A stretch of 54,162 bases of DNA from a virus (lineage: Duplodnaviria; Caudoviricetes). Under the pieces are notes generated by a model. The model was not told the origin of the DNA and ran no database searches. It worked only from the letters and a program-made list of their open reading frames with translations. Where the stretch lies: IMG/VR virus record IMGVR_UViG_3300022827_000011, positions 1-54,162 of that record; one strand, written 5' to 3'. Of this stretch, positions 36,601 to 46,209 are shown piece by piece. The position numbers were made by a program, and so were the translations under genes. Every line of letters begins with the position of its first letter. The first letter of the stretch is position 1.

Positions 36601-37032
36601 TTATCTAAATCGAGACAGGATATAACTGTCTAACGATTCCTTAGCACTTTGAATATTTTGTTGTGCAATTTCCAGTCGAGAACTTAGAATATCTTGTCTA
36701 AATTTGTCAGTTGATCTAATAATGCTGTTTACATAAAAATAACTGTCGTTTGTATTTTTATTAATAATGTTGTCATATCGTCTGATATTTATAGTAGAAG
36801 TATCTCTAATATGTGCGTTTGCTAACGCAACAGCACCGTATTTACTATGTGCATTACCAACAGTTTTACTAGTGGCTATATCAACTATTACATATCCAAA
36901 CCGTTTACTATTACGTATTATTAAACTACCAATTCTAATGGAGTTTCCTTTTACAACTGGAAAATTATAATTAGACATCTCGTTATCAACAATTTCTTCT
37001 AACTCTCTTAGTGCTGTTTTAAGATCTTTCAT
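36601..37032 (-). CDS. hypothetical late protein
   Basis: Likely start MKDLK, overlapping the upstream gene. Confidence 0.7.
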   Translation of the reverse strand: MKDLKTALRELEEIVDNEMSNYNFPVVKGNSIRIGSLIIRNSKRFGYVIVDIATSKTVGNAHSKYGAVALANAHIRDTSTINIRRYDNIINKNTNDSYFYVNSIIRSTDKFRQDILSSRLEIAQQNIQSAKESLDSYILSRFR

Positions 37033-37225
37033 TAGGAATAAACACCACACTACCTTTATAATTAACTTTTGTTAATAGACTTTTCCGAATTAGGTTCTGA
37101 GCAACCATTAATTCGCGTTCGGATAATGTTTCACTATAACAGGCAGAATTGATACTGTCAAGTAATGTCTGTTCTTCATTGCTTGTAAATATTTCAAAAG
37201 TTTTTAGGATGTCATCTAATTTCAT
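37019..37225 (-). CDS. hypothetical late protein
   Basis: ATGA-coupled ORF. Confidence 0.7.
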   Translation of the reverse strand: MKLDDILKTFEIFTSNEEQTLLDSINSACYSETLSERELMVAQNLIRKSLLTKVNYKGSVVFIPNERS

Positions 37226-37695
37226 ATTACAATAGACTTTTTAAGATCATCACGACTATACGTTAATTTATTTGGCTGACTAGGATCTTTAGCGCCTAAT
37301 GGGTTTTCAATTTCCACTTCATTTCCTGTAACTCGAGTAATTTTAAAATTAGTTGGAGTACCGCTTGCAGTAGGCAAAGGAATAATTTTTCCAGGTGCAA
37401 TAGCTTTATCGAGCTCTATTTCTGCCTGAGTAACTGTTCCTTGGTTAGATACTTGCTGTTTTACTCCTCCGTTTGCCGGTGTAGGAGTTGTAGGAGTTGT
37501 CATTCCACTTTGCGATCGTGGCTGGGTTCCTACAGTTTGATTAGGTCCAACAGTGCCTGATGATTTGATAGTAGACATACTTGATCCTGTTTGTACTGTT
37601 CCGCGCCTTGCTTGTGCTACGCTGTTATTTCGAGGCATTAAGGGTGCTAACTCGCTCAAGTGCTGTTTAATGGTAATAAATTCATTTGCTCTCAT
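37222..37695 (-). CDS. hypothetical virion-associated protein
   Basis: MRANEF N-terminus, low-complexity linker. Confidence 0.7.
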   Translation of the reverse strand: MRANEFITIKQHLSELAPLMPRNNSVAQARRGTVQTGSSMSTIKSSGTVGPNQTVGTQPRSQSGMTTPTTPTPANGGVKQQVSNQGTVTQAEIELDKAIAPGKIIPLPTASGTPTNFKITRVTGNEVEIENPLGAKDPSQPNKLTYSRDDLKKSIVI

Positions 37696-37967
37696 TTATT
37701 CAATGCCTGAACTCTTTTGCTTGCTGGATTTACACGTTTGGTTTTTTTACTACGTCTTGCCATTCGATTTCCTAATCTTGCTTTGACTTTTTTAAAACTT
37801 GCACTTTGCTTGAAATCCAATGGAGCAAAACATTGTTGTGCTTTGCTTACAATTCTTCCGTGTCGTCGTCCGCCAGAACATCGATACTTTCTGACTACCT
37901 TACTACCATTTCGGCCCCAGATAAGCTTTTCTTCTAAATCTATATCAAATAATTCACGTAATAACAT
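37692..37967 (-). CDS. basic virion-associated protein
   Basis: MLLRELF..EE; KYRC.GG.R.GR.V...C motif. Confidence 0.75.
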   Translation of the reverse strand: MLLRELFDIDLEEKLIWGRNGSKVVRKYRCSGGRRHGRIVSKAQQCFAPLDFKQSASFKKVKARLGNRMARRSKKTKRVNPASKRVQALNK

Positions 37968-37992
37968 AATAATATTTATCGCTATGTATTGA

Positions 37993-38226
37993 TCACTGCA
38001 TTAAGAGCACAATTACAATTGATAGCAAGCTTGCTGAAATTGTACTAGCAGAGCCTATGATAACCTTTGAAAGACTATTTTGACCATGTTTCATATCTTG
38101 CGATATACTATCAATTTTATCTTCAACTGTATTCAATCGCCTTCCTAATTCGTCGTATCTTAATGCACATAAATCTACGTGCGCCTCTAAACTTTCTCTT
38201 TCTAATTTAGTCGGTCCAATTGACAT
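37993..38226 (-). CDS. coiled-coil plus C-terminal TM protein (holin-like)
   Basis: LEAHVDLCALRY coil, hydrophobic tail, AAGGAG SD. Confidence 0.65.
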   Translation of the reverse strand: MSIGPTKLERESLEAHVDLCALRYDELGRRLNTVEDKIDSISQDMKHGQNSLSKVIIGSASTISASLLSIVIVLLMQ

Positions 38227-38308
38227 CTATATCTCCTTGATTGTGTCTATAAGATAGCGGTTGATATGATGCCTAAAGAATGCCTACGAAGATACCTTCT
38301 AGTACTAT

Positions 38309-38713
38309 TTAGCTGTTTAATACACTTTCTTTAATAAGTATAGTGTTTTTTATATTTAAATCAACTGGATCAAATATTGCAAACTTAAATATTGCTGTTT
38401 CGTTTAGATTAGGAATAAACGGTACTAATTCTAAATCTGCAATTAATAAATCAAGGATATTATCCGAATGTTGTTCGTACTCGACCCAAAATTTCCATAT
38501 ACGGTGTTTGCCTGTGAACTCTGTACCAAACTTGTATAATGCAATATCATCAACAAACTGTACAGGAGAATTGTGTATAGTAGGGTTACTACGTAGACTT
38601 AGCGATTGAGATATGGTTAAAAAGTTTTGTTGTTGATGTTGTGCAAACAAGTTATCTGCGCGGCGGGCGCCGGTTTGCGTGATGTCTATCAGGGTTAATA
38701 TTTGTATTTTCAT
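38309..38713 (-). CDS. conserved phage hypothetical protein
   Basis: TLIDITxTG, QQxNFxT motifs. Confidence 0.7.
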   Translation of the reverse strand: MKIQILTLIDITQTGARRADNLFAQHQQQNFLTISQSLSLRSNPTIHNSPVQFVDDIALYKFGTEFTGKHRIWKFWVEYEQHSDNILDLLIADLELVPFIPNLNETAIFKFAIFDPVDLNIKNTILIKESVLNS

Positions 38714-38731
38714 ATCGTATTTAACAGTCAT

Positions 38732-38764
38732 AAAAAAAGGGCTCGTAAAATACGAACCCTTTTT
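38732..38764 (-). terminator. intrinsic terminator
   Basis: AAAAAGGG..CGTA..TACG..CCCTTTTTTT after a probable structural gene. Confidence 0.75.
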
Positions 38765-38783
38765 AACATTAAGTTAACTACTA

Positions 38784-39152
38784 TTATCTACGTGGTGCAA
38801 ATACAGCAACAATAGTTACAGTCGGTGTTCCGGTTAATGCTTCAACAGTTGCATCGGTGAACTCGCCGGTTCCTTGAAGGCGCATAAACACAATGTCAGT
38901 TGTTCCGGCAACAAATGCCGATCCATCAGCTGTACCAAACGCTGCTACAGTAAATGCACTATCGCCTACACCGTTAGTTCCGTGTGATGTGGTCAGATAC
39001 TTGATCCAACCGTTTACTTCCGCATCGGTCATGTTGGTCTTTGCAAAGCTTACAACCAATTCACGTCCTGCATCCGATTGTGAGTTAGAATGTTTTAGAT
39101 AGTTAGCACCAACTGTGGTGCTACCAATTACTAAGTTTGTTACGTCTGCCAT
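38784..39152 (-). CDS. probable virion structural protein
   Basis: GAGGAG SD, GATAAATA promoter, own terminator, Thr/Ala/Val/Gly-rich. Confidence 0.65.
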   Translation of the reverse strand: MADVTNLVIGSTTVGANYLKHSNSQSDAGRELVVSFAKTNMTDAEVNGWIKYLTTSHGTNGVGDSAFTVAAFGTADGSAFVAGTTDIVFMRLQGTGEFTDATVEALTGTPTVTIVAVFAPRR

Positions 39153-39244
39153 TTTATTTCTCCTCGATCTGTAAATGGACACTTCACGCTCAGTGAAGCT
39201 ATATAATATTATTTATCATCTTGGAGTAATTTTAGTAAATTAGG

Positions 39245-40333
39245 TCAGGACGGAGTCCATCTGTGTCGCGGCACCAGTTTAATTTTGCTTTTTTGTGCAA
39301 TATATCCTTCGCCGCCGAGAATTGTTCCTGTATGAGACGTAATAATAGTTAATGTACTATCATATTGCGCAATAATAGCATTTTTAATTGCCATTATTTG
39401 ATTAATTGATAGAAATATCATAGGAAGTCCAACTTGATTATGTTTGTGCAGTTGAATTATACGAGCCTGTTTGCTTTTAGTTACTTTACTGTGCTCAAGC
39501 CATTCGAGAAACCCTTCTAGATTAATATTTTCAATCGTTGCACCTTTTGTTTGCTGATTAACAAACGTGTAAATAATGTTACTGAGATCAGATAACCCTT
39601 TGATTGGGGTTATAATTTCGTCAATCAAAACGGAAGCAGCTCTTACATATCTGCGAAGATTAATAACTTGCTTGAGATTAACTACAGGGTTACTACTAAC
39701 ATAAATTGGACCTAATGATAACACAGTATCTGAGAGTACTGGCATATCGGTAATAGGAAGTGCATCTTTACTACCAAACTCGTTAAAATACGAATGTACT
39801 GCAATTCCAACTTGACTATTGGTAATAGATTTACCGATGTCGCTTCTAGCTGCAACGGAATATGTAACTTTGTTAGGAGTAAATTTTATAAAATCATTAG
39901 TGTGTACAATACTCTTTTTAGGGTAATACAATAAATCTCCGTATATGTATCCACGAAAATCCGCAGGCATACTTTTTTCAACAATATCAAACATATCAGA
40001 CATTTCGTCAGCAAATTGATGCCGCCACGGTTCGTTGTTGCCTGTAGTTAGAATAAATTCCTTTAACTCACTACTACTAGTGCTTTTATTACGTCCCCAG
40101 CCGTTTTTACCTACTAATACGAATGTCCCAGATGGGTCTCTGCCAAAGTAAATTACAGGAGCACCGTCGAACTTAACAGAAACATCACTGCTGTCTTTAC
40201 TTAGTTGAGTTATTACGTCTAGTGCGTACATAGCGCCGCGGCTTCCGTGTACAAATACTAGATCTTCTAAATGTTGATATTCTCGGCCAACTCGAGTATT
40301 ATTCATCTCTTCTTTAAATGCCTTATAATTCAT
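39245..40333 (-). CDS. ligase-like nucleotidyltransferase (DUF6267-like)
   Basis: HLEDL, SVKFDG (ligase motif I-like), GDLLY, PNxVTY, GEGY, KLV. Confidence 0.6.
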   Translation of the reverse strand: MNYKAFKEEMNNTRVGREYQHLEDLVFVHGSRGAMYALDVITQLSKDSSDVSVKFDGAPVIYFGRDPSGTFVLVGKNGWGRNKSTSSSELKEFILTTGNNEPWRHQFADEMSDMFDIVEKSMPADFRGYIYGDLLYYPKKSIVHTNDFIKFTPNKVTYSVAARSDIGKSITNSQVGIAVHSYFNEFGSKDALPITDMPVLSDTVLSLGPIYVSSNPVVNLKQVINLRRYVRAASVLIDEIITPIKGLSDLSNIIYTFVNQQTKGATIENINLEGFLEWLEHSKVTKSKQARIIQLHKHNQVGLPMIFLSINQIMAIKNAIIAQYDSTLTIITSHTGTILGGEGYIAQKSKIKLVPRHRWTPS

Positions 40334-41010
40334 GACAATTCTTTCCACGATTTAAGAGTTTTAAGTTGATTCAATAATTCGTATGCTTGAGTAGCAGACA
40401 TAGATTTCATAATCGATTCAAGACTATCGAGGCTCGACACAGACGAGTCGGATCCTAGCAGCAGATATGCAACTTGGTCAATATCATTGGTGATTAATTC
40501 TCCTCTCTTGCCTTCTAGATTACGTCGGCATAATCCTCTAAATGCATCCCACAGTAGTCCTTTACTGTTTGCTATTAGCATTATTGCTAAATGCTTGTTA
40601 ACACCTTTATAAGGACTGTCTTGCGGAATGTTGTGTAAATGAAATTTGCTTATTTGCAATGCATGTGGAGTTACTAGCAAGTCAACTTGATAATGATGCC
40701 CGCTGACTTCTACATTTAAATGTACAGCAATACCATTTAATTTAGTTGTTGCACCGTTCTGGTCAAATACTTGTTTTAATCTTCGCCGCACCTGCTTTGG
40801 ATTTTTTTCTCTAAACACATTTTCTAATGCAGTTTGATCAATTAGTACATCATAGTCGCCGCTGGTCTTTCCGACTGTAGGAGTTGCAGTACTACCGATA
40901 GGAATAGTTAATATCCCAAGAGGTGACAGTATGTTATCTAAGTATTGTTGTATTGCAGGAATTTTATCATAATTAAAAGGTTCAGTGTTTAAAAAAACAT
41001 TACCGCCCAT
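40330..41010 (-). CDS. Pol-beta-family nucleotidyltransferase-like protein
   Basis: GS...SGDYDVL and QVDL motifs; SPYKG. Confidence 0.65.
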   Translation of the reverse strand: MGGNVFLNTEPFNYDKIPAIQQYLDNILSPLGILTIPIGSTATPTVGKTSGDYDVLIDQTALENVFREKNPKQVRRRLKQVFDQNGATTKLNGIAVHLNVEVSGHHYQVDLLVTPHALQISKFHLHNIPQDSPYKGVNKHLAIMLIANSKGLLWDAFRGLCRRNLEGKRGELITNDIDQVAYLLLGSDSSVSSLDSLESIMKSMSATQAYELLNQLKTLKSWKELS

Positions 41011-41261
41011 TACTTCTTACTTTCAATTATCTTATCTATACCAGTTTTAAACTTGCGAGGATTGTTGGATTTAATAGCATTAATGAATCGTCGTTCTAAA
41101 TCAATTGCTACTTCTGAGTCGTATGTTTCATGTATCTTTGATAGTAAATTAATGGCACTTTCAATAATATTACTTCCTGTTGATTGAAGAAATTCTTCTA
41201 CTCGATCGGTTCTTCCGATGGCGCTAAGTTCTTCTAAAATACTTCTAGTGCGTTTTTTCAT
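41010..41261 (-). CDS. conserved phage hypothetical protein
   Basis: Likely start MKKRTRSILEEL, following TATAAATA and a GGGGA SD. Confidence 0.75.
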   Translation of the reverse strand: MKKRTRSILEELSAIGRTDRVEEFLQSTGSNIIESAINLLSKIHETYDSEVAIDLERRFINAIKSNNPRKFKTGIDKIIESKK

Positions 41262-41417
41262 AATAGATATTCCCCTTAAAGTATTTATACGCAATGTAAC
41301 AGCTAGATATAATAGTGTCAACGATATTCTATCCATGCAATATATGCATATCGGGTTTGCGATAAGTTTGGCATAATATGCTTGTATTGTTGCGGTTTTT
41401 ATGTTAAATATAGTTAA

Positions 41418-41432
41418 TGCTGCAATGCAGCA
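41418..41432. promoter_or_regulatory. palindrome TGCTGCAATGCAGCA (PhaR-box-like)
   Basis: CTGC-N3-GCAG core upstream of the small-protein operon. Confidence 0.4.
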
Positions 41433-41457
41433 CACGGATACACCGATAGGATAAAAT

Positions 41458-41616
41458 ATGTTAACACTTTTTCGAGAGCTTTGTAACTCCTTTATAGGGG
41501 CTTATGATCGTGACTTACGTCAATGGGCCAGCATGGAATACAAACACGATGCCGAATATGCTTACAATTACGTTATACAATACAAATTAGCGCCAAGATT
41601 AGGATTACCAAAATGA
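41458..41616 (+). CDS. small hypothetical protein (52 aa)
   Basis: Hand-translated MLTLFREL...WASMEYKHDAEYAY; AGGA SD; ATGA coupling. Confidence 0.65.
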   Translation: MLTLFRELCNSFIGAYDRDLRQWASMEYKHDAEYAYNYVIQYKLAPRLGLPK

Positions 41617-41774
41617 TTGCAACTATTAAACTATGGTTTGCCAGACGGCAACTTTATAACACTACACACCGAGAATTAGACCGACTGACCAATCGCGAAT
41701 TACTAGATATTGGCATCGATCGCAAAATGATTACTCGAGTGGCATTAGAAACAGCATACGGATATCGCAGATGA
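41613..41774 (+). CDS. DUF1127 (YjiS-like) small protein
   Basis: W..RR....T.REL..LT.REL.DIGI.R..I. Confidence 0.88.
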   Translation: MIATIKLWFARRQLYNTTHRELDRLTNRELLDIGIDRKMITRVALETAYGYRR

Positions 41775-41953
41775 AAAAGTTTTTCAAATCTATATTAAAT
41801 TCGTCGCTTTTTCCTACTGAAAAACAAAAAATTTATACATGGCTAAGTGAAAGCAGCGATATAGTAGAATTAGAGCGGCGCCAAAGAATAATTGACCGAG
41901 GCGATGCACCTTGGCAAGTTGCTGCAAATTATAAATTGAAAGGATGGTCTTAA
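41771..41953 (+). CDS. DUF3563-like small protein
   Basis: WLSESSDIVELERRQR.IDRG. Confidence 0.7.
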   Translation: MKKFFKSILNSSLFPTEKQKIYTWLSESSDIVELERRQRIIDRGDAPWQVAANYKLKGWS

Positions 41954-42141
41954 TGGATGTATATCATGCAGTAACAGTATCCTACTGTGCGCTTTGTGAA
42001 ATAATGCAGCGATTAGCAAAATATATTGTGTATGTATTTGAAGATATTGGCTATGCCCGGGCTACTAGCGAACTAAGCAGAATGGGATATCATAAAGAAG
42101 CAGCTACATTAAGAGAAATGCGCCGCAAATTAAAAAATTAG
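41953..42141 (+). CDS. small hypothetical protein
   Basis: GYARATSELSRMGY motif; TAATG coupling. Confidence 0.65.
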   Translation: MDVYHAVTVSYCALCEIMQRLAKYIVYVFEDIGYARATSELSRMGYHKEAATLREMRRKLKN

Positions 42142-42213
42142 TTGACAATAATAAATTAATATGCTACAGTAGCTTACTACCGTAGTAAACACACACACAC
42201 AAAGGAATACATA

Positions 42214-42513
42214 ATGAACGATATGAACAAACAATTTGAGCAATTTGCTGAAATGATTAAAGTAGCAATGCCTACTATGCCCACTGTTACTACTTCAAAA
42301 AACGGGTACGAAATTAGAACCAAGGTTCTTGAAATGGCTCAATCTCAAACATGGAATGACTATAATGCTAAACTATGTGCGTTTGAGACTAGCATTACCA
42401 AGGAAGGTGATGAAATTGTTACTAAAGTGACTATGCCCACTGTACCAGGTATAGATGCGGTATTAGAAGCCGCACAGAAGTTTTATGATTTTGTAAGTGG
42501 CAACAAAAAATAA
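42214..42513 (+). CDS. conserved phage hypothetical protein
   Basis: KNGYEIR..VLEMA ... A.KFY.FV; own TTGACA-17-TACAGT promoter at 42142-42170. Confidence 0.8.
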   Translation: MNDMNKQFEQFAEMIKVAMPTMPTVTTSKNGYEIRTKVLEMAQSQTWNDYNAKLCAFETSITKEGDEIVTKVTMPTVPGIDAVLEAAQKFYDFVSGNKK

Positions 42514-42555
42514 TATATTAACTATTAGAGTATAGCTCTCACTAATTAATTAATT

Positions 42556-42589
42556 AAAAAGCCTTCTGGTATATCATGCCAGAAGGCTT
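42556..42589. terminator. terminator between convergent genes
   Basis: AAAAAGCCTTCTGG...CCAGAAGGCTT. Confidence 0.7.
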
Positions 42590-42628
42590 AACCATCTAAT
42601 CCTAGCTACTGTTGATAGCTTCTCCAAC

Positions 42629-43951
42629 TTAACGAACTCCGTCCCATTGCGGTATCGCCTTGTAGCCATTTAATCCCAGCTGCTGTTGATAGTTTTTCCA
42701 ACTCGGCGGACTCTGTCTGATTGCGTCCTCGCCTGGTACCCATCTAGATTTTAAAATTTTTGTAGCATACATCAATGATGCAAATGCGTCAGTTGCGATT
42801 GCAGGCTCTCCTTCTTTAAATGGTTTCATGCCTAATGACCGAGACGCATATTGATACGAACTCCTAGCAGATTGAGCAATAAGAGTTTCGAGAGCAGGTA
42901 CTGGACCTTTGTAAAACGATTGTGCTATTTTCACTGCGCGTTCCGGCGAGCCTTTTACATAACTTTTAATAAATTCCTGTTCTTTATTATCGTCGGATTT
43001 TAAAATTCTTCTTATATCCATTGTTAATTCGTCTGGCGCGCGTTGAAAATAATACGCTAACTCTTTACCGGAGAACGGGTGTAACAAGAAATCAAAATTT
43101 GCCTCAGTGGCCATTTCTCCTAAATTGTCGTCGTCGTCGTCTTCGTAGTCAGGCGAAGTCTGATCTGCTTCACGCTGCACAAAGTTAACTAACTGGTCTA
43201 ACACTTCATACATAGCATCTAACTTACTTTTAAATAAATTTGACGTTATTGGGTTTTGATCTATAAAATATTCTGCATCAACTGAGCTTAATGGCAAATC
43301 TTGTGAATCCATAAACTGTCCAGTTTCAAAATGAAACTGAAATTTACCTTTACGTTTTTTATCATACCATATGTATAATGATCCGTATTTGTTATAAAAG
43401 TTAAATTGGTTTTTCTTTTTGGCCGCTGTACACCATTTGGTACCACTACCGAGTATACAACTAGCCTCTTTGGTTTTAGGAACACTGAGTATCCCTAGTG
43501 GTCCATTATACAAAACATTAACATCGTCAACTGCTTCGTCACTAGGTGCTGCAAGTTCGGTATTATCAAGTTTGCGAGAAAGTTCGGCTAGCGTATTCCA
43601 GTTGTATTGATTAATATCGCTATTGATTTCTAGTCGTTTATGCTGTCCTTTAGTTTTTGTAAATATCGTTAACTCGTCCTCTAGTTTGTATAAATCTTCG
43701 TACTTCATTGCGTTTTTAGTAAATTGTTTAATTATCCATACTACAAATTGTTTATTAACTGTAGGGTCGGCATCTTCTGCAGCAGATATCACAGTTAATA
43801 CAATTTCTTCGTCACTTTTATTATTGGTTATACTTTTAAGATACGTATCGGATTTTGCACGGGTTACTATAGCCGAAGTTGTTGCTAACACGGTTTTTGT
43901 TCTATCGTATTCAAATAGTGTAGTTTCTGTAATAAATTCTATGTATCTCAT
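42629..43951 (-). CDS. large hypothetical protein with ASC..G.GT.WCT motif and C-terminal helical repeats
   Basis: 440 aa; shares a domain with 48222-49592. Confidence 0.8.
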   Translation of the reverse strand: MRYIEFITETTLFEYDRTKTVLATTSAIVTRAKSDTYLKSITNNKSDEEIVLTVISAAEDADPTVNKQFVVWIIKQFTKNAMKYEDLYKLEDELTIFTKTKGQHKRLEINSDINQYNWNTLAELSRKLDNTELAAPSDEAVDDVNVLYNGPLGILSVPKTKEASCILGSGTKWCTAAKKKNQFNFYNKYGSLYIWYDKKRKGKFQFHFETGQFMDSQDLPLSSVDAEYFIDQNPITSNLFKSKLDAMYEVLDQLVNFVQREADQTSPDYEDDDDDNLGEMATEANFDFLLHPFSGKELAYYFQRAPDELTMDIRRILKSDDNKEQEFIKSYVKGSPERAVKIAQSFYKGPVPALETLIAQSARSSYQYASRSLGMKPFKEGEPAIATDAFASLMYATKILKSRWVPGEDAIRQSPPSWKNYQQQLGLNGYKAIPQWDGVR

Positions 43952-44017
43952 ATAACTTCCTTGACTGCTATTTTTTAATATTTATCGTTGCTTACTGTAT
44001 TAACTAATAAATACTGT

Positions 44018-45217
44018 ATGATAGACCCTGATCCATTTCGAGCAATACTAACTGAATATCGCGGTACAGGAAAATACCGAGTATTCAATGATATTAATAG
44101 ACAACAAGGCAGCTTTCCTAATGCAGTCTGGAATAATAACAATACTCCTAAACCGGTTATCAATTGGTGTTCAAACGATTACCTAGGAATGGGACAACAC
44201 CCGTTGGTGTTAGCAGCAATGCATTCTGCGTTGGATCACGCAGGAGCAGGATCAGGCGGTACTAGGAACATAGGAGGTACTGGTCAATATCATATTGCAC
44301 TTGAAAAAGAGCTAGCAAGTTTACATAATAAACATGCTGCATTGCTGTTTTCAAGTGCATATGTTGCAAATGAATGGAGTCTAATCGCATTAAGCAAAAT
44401 CATTCCCGACATTGTGTTTTTAAGTGATTCCAAGAATCATGCAAGCCTCATACAGGGTATCCGACACAGTGGTGCTATCTATAAGATATGGCAGCACAAT
44501 GACATAAGCGATCTAGAAGCAAAATTGGTAGAAGTCGTTGCATCAAATCAAACTCCTTGCATTGTATTTGAATCTGTGTATAGCATGGACGGAGACGTTA
44601 GCCCAATTGAGCACATTTGCAATCTTGCCGAGCGTTATGGCGCTATTACTTACATAGACGAGGTTCATGCGGTAGGATTGTATGGAGAGCATGGAGCAGG
44701 GTACCTAGAACACCTAGGAATTCAACATCGTGTAGATATAGTCAACGGAACGCTCGGCAAGGCAATAGGCATTAGTGGCGGATATATTGCTGCGGACAGG
44801 GATGTTATAGACGCAATTCGCAGTATAGCCAGTGGTTTTATTTTCACAACATCTATGCCACCGGTATTGTGTGCAGGAGCATTGGCTAGCATAAAATATC
44901 TAAAGACACATTATAGCCTTCGGCAACAACATCAGCTAAACACGGAAAACTTTAAACAACAATTACAATATGCAAATATTGAATATTTAAAAGAATCGTG
45001 TACTCATATTGTTCCTGTAATGATAAGAGATGCAAAACGAGCTAAGTTGATCAGCGATGTATTGTTGGACAAATACGGAATATTTGTCCAACCTATTGTT
45101 TGGCCAACTGTAGCAGTAGGCACAGAAAGATTAAGGTTTGCTCCTACTCCGTTACACACAGACATTATGATAGAGCATTGTGTAAAATCATTAAAGGAAG
45201 CATTAAATGAATATTAA
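44018..45217 (+). CDS. hemA: 5-aminolevulinate synthase
   Basis: [50 protein letters not shown] (PLP Lys), ERLR. Confidence 0.95.
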   Translation: MIDPDPFRAILTEYRGTGKYRVFNDINRQQGSFPNAVWNNNNTPKPVINWCSNDYLGMGQHPLVLAAMHSALDHAGAGSGGTRNIGGTGQYHIALEKELASLHNKHAALLFSSAYVANEWSLIALSKIIPDIVFLSDSKNHASLIQGIRHSGAIYKIWQHNDISDLEAKLVEVVASNQTPCIVFESVYSMDGDVSPIEHICNLAERYGAITYIDEVHAVGLYGEHGAGYLEHLGIQHRVDIVNGTLGKAIGISGGYIAADRDVIDAIRSIASGFIFTTSMPPVLCAGALASIKYLKTHYSLRQQHQLNTENFKQQLQYANIEYLKESCTHIVPVMIRDAKRAKLISDVLLDKYGIFVQPIVWPTVAVGTERLRFAPTPLHTDIMIEHCVKSLKEALNEY

Positions 45218-45623
45218 AAAATTACTATGGCTAGTTACAGGATTCTTTTGCTTAGGAATGACTTATGTTGGAATTGTTGTTCCTGGTATTCCATTTAGCA
45301 TCTTCTTAGTAATGGCTGCATATTGTTTTAGCAAGAGTAGTGAACGTATGCACAACTGGATATACAATCACAAATATTTTGGACCATTCCTAACTAACTG
45401 GACACAAAAAAAAGTATTTCCGACTTACGGAAAGTATGCCATGGTGCTAATGATGACAAGTAGCTTAATAATACTCTGGGTTACTACAGAAAATATTAAA
45501 GCAGTAATGTGGAGTGGTGGATTTATGATTTTAGTCGCTATATGGGCTGCTCGGTATCCAGGAAGTGTTGCAGAACAAGAACGTAGAATTGCAGCAGGCG
45601 AAAAAATAGCGTGGATTAAATAA
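45207..45623 (+). CDS. YbaN/DUF454 inner membrane protein
   Basis: G..VPGIP..F...AAYCF.KSSER.H.W...H..FGP...W. Confidence 0.88.
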   Translation: MNIKKLLWLVTGFFCLGMTYVGIVVPGIPFSIFLVMAAYCFSKSSERMHNWIYNHKYFGPFLTNWTQKKVFPTYGKYAMVLMMTSSLIILWVTTENIKAVMWSGGFMILVAIWAARYPGSVAEQERRIAAGEKIAWIK

Positions 45624-45648
45624 ATAAAGCGCCGTTAGGCGCTTTATT
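45622..45648. terminator. bidirectional terminator
   Basis: AAATAAAGCGCC-GTTA-GGCGCTTTATTT between convergent genes. Confidence 0.8.
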
Positions 45649-46176
45649 TTACACATCATCCAATGCCAACCAAGGCACCCAACTCGGATGTCGGATTTCT
45701 ACACCCATTTGTTTGCGTTTCCTTACTAGTTCATAGTATCCTGGTGCGTGTGGTTTATAAGTTGGCCGAATTAACTTGTTATTGCCTTTACTATGGTTAC
45801 AAGGAGCACAAGCAGTGACAATATTAGTCCAATTAGTTCTGCCGCCGTGGCTAACGGGTAATACATGATCCATTGTAGCAGTAGTATGATTAACTGTGTC
45901 GCCGCAATACATGCACGAATACATATCGCGTAAGTATAAGTTGCTCTTACTAAAACGAGGATTCCGTGATTTCTGCATATATTCCTTTAGCATAATAACA
46001 GACGGAACTTTAGTTTCCCAAGTAGGCGACCTTACCATCCAATTGTCGTACCAATCAAGTACAGTAACTTTGTCATGGTACATGTAAAGGATAGCTTCTT
46101 TCCATTGGATAGCGCTCAACGGTAAAAAGTTAACCGGTTGACCGTCTGCATTAAGTAATAGAACATCGCCTGACAT
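45649..46176 (-). CDS. HNH endonuclease
   Basis: RD..C.YC, T.DHV.P.S.GG..W.N.V.AC..CN..KG. Confidence 0.92.
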   Translation of the reverse strand: MSGDVLLLNADGQPVNFLPLSAIQWKEAILYMYHDKVTVLDWYDNWMVRSPTWETKVPSVIMLKEYMQKSRNPRFSKSNLYLRDMYSCMYCGDTVNHTTATMDHVLPVSHGGRTNWTNIVTACAPCNHSKGNNKLIRPTYKPHAPGYYELVRKRKQMGVEIRHPSWVPWLALDDV

Positions 46177-46209
46177 CTTGCATTTTCCTTAGAATTTTGT
46201 AATAGTAAT

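Noticed and set aside
41262-41612. Long N-terminal extensions of ORFs 41010-41435 and 41523-41774
   Set aside because: They overlap the divergent promoter region and a better-supported 52-aa gene; internal ATGs with SD or coupling are the likely starts.
42188-42201. (AC)n microsatellite as a phase-variation switch
   Set aside because: It lies in a 5' leader just before the SD, so length change would not shift a frame; more likely an unstructured translation enhancer.
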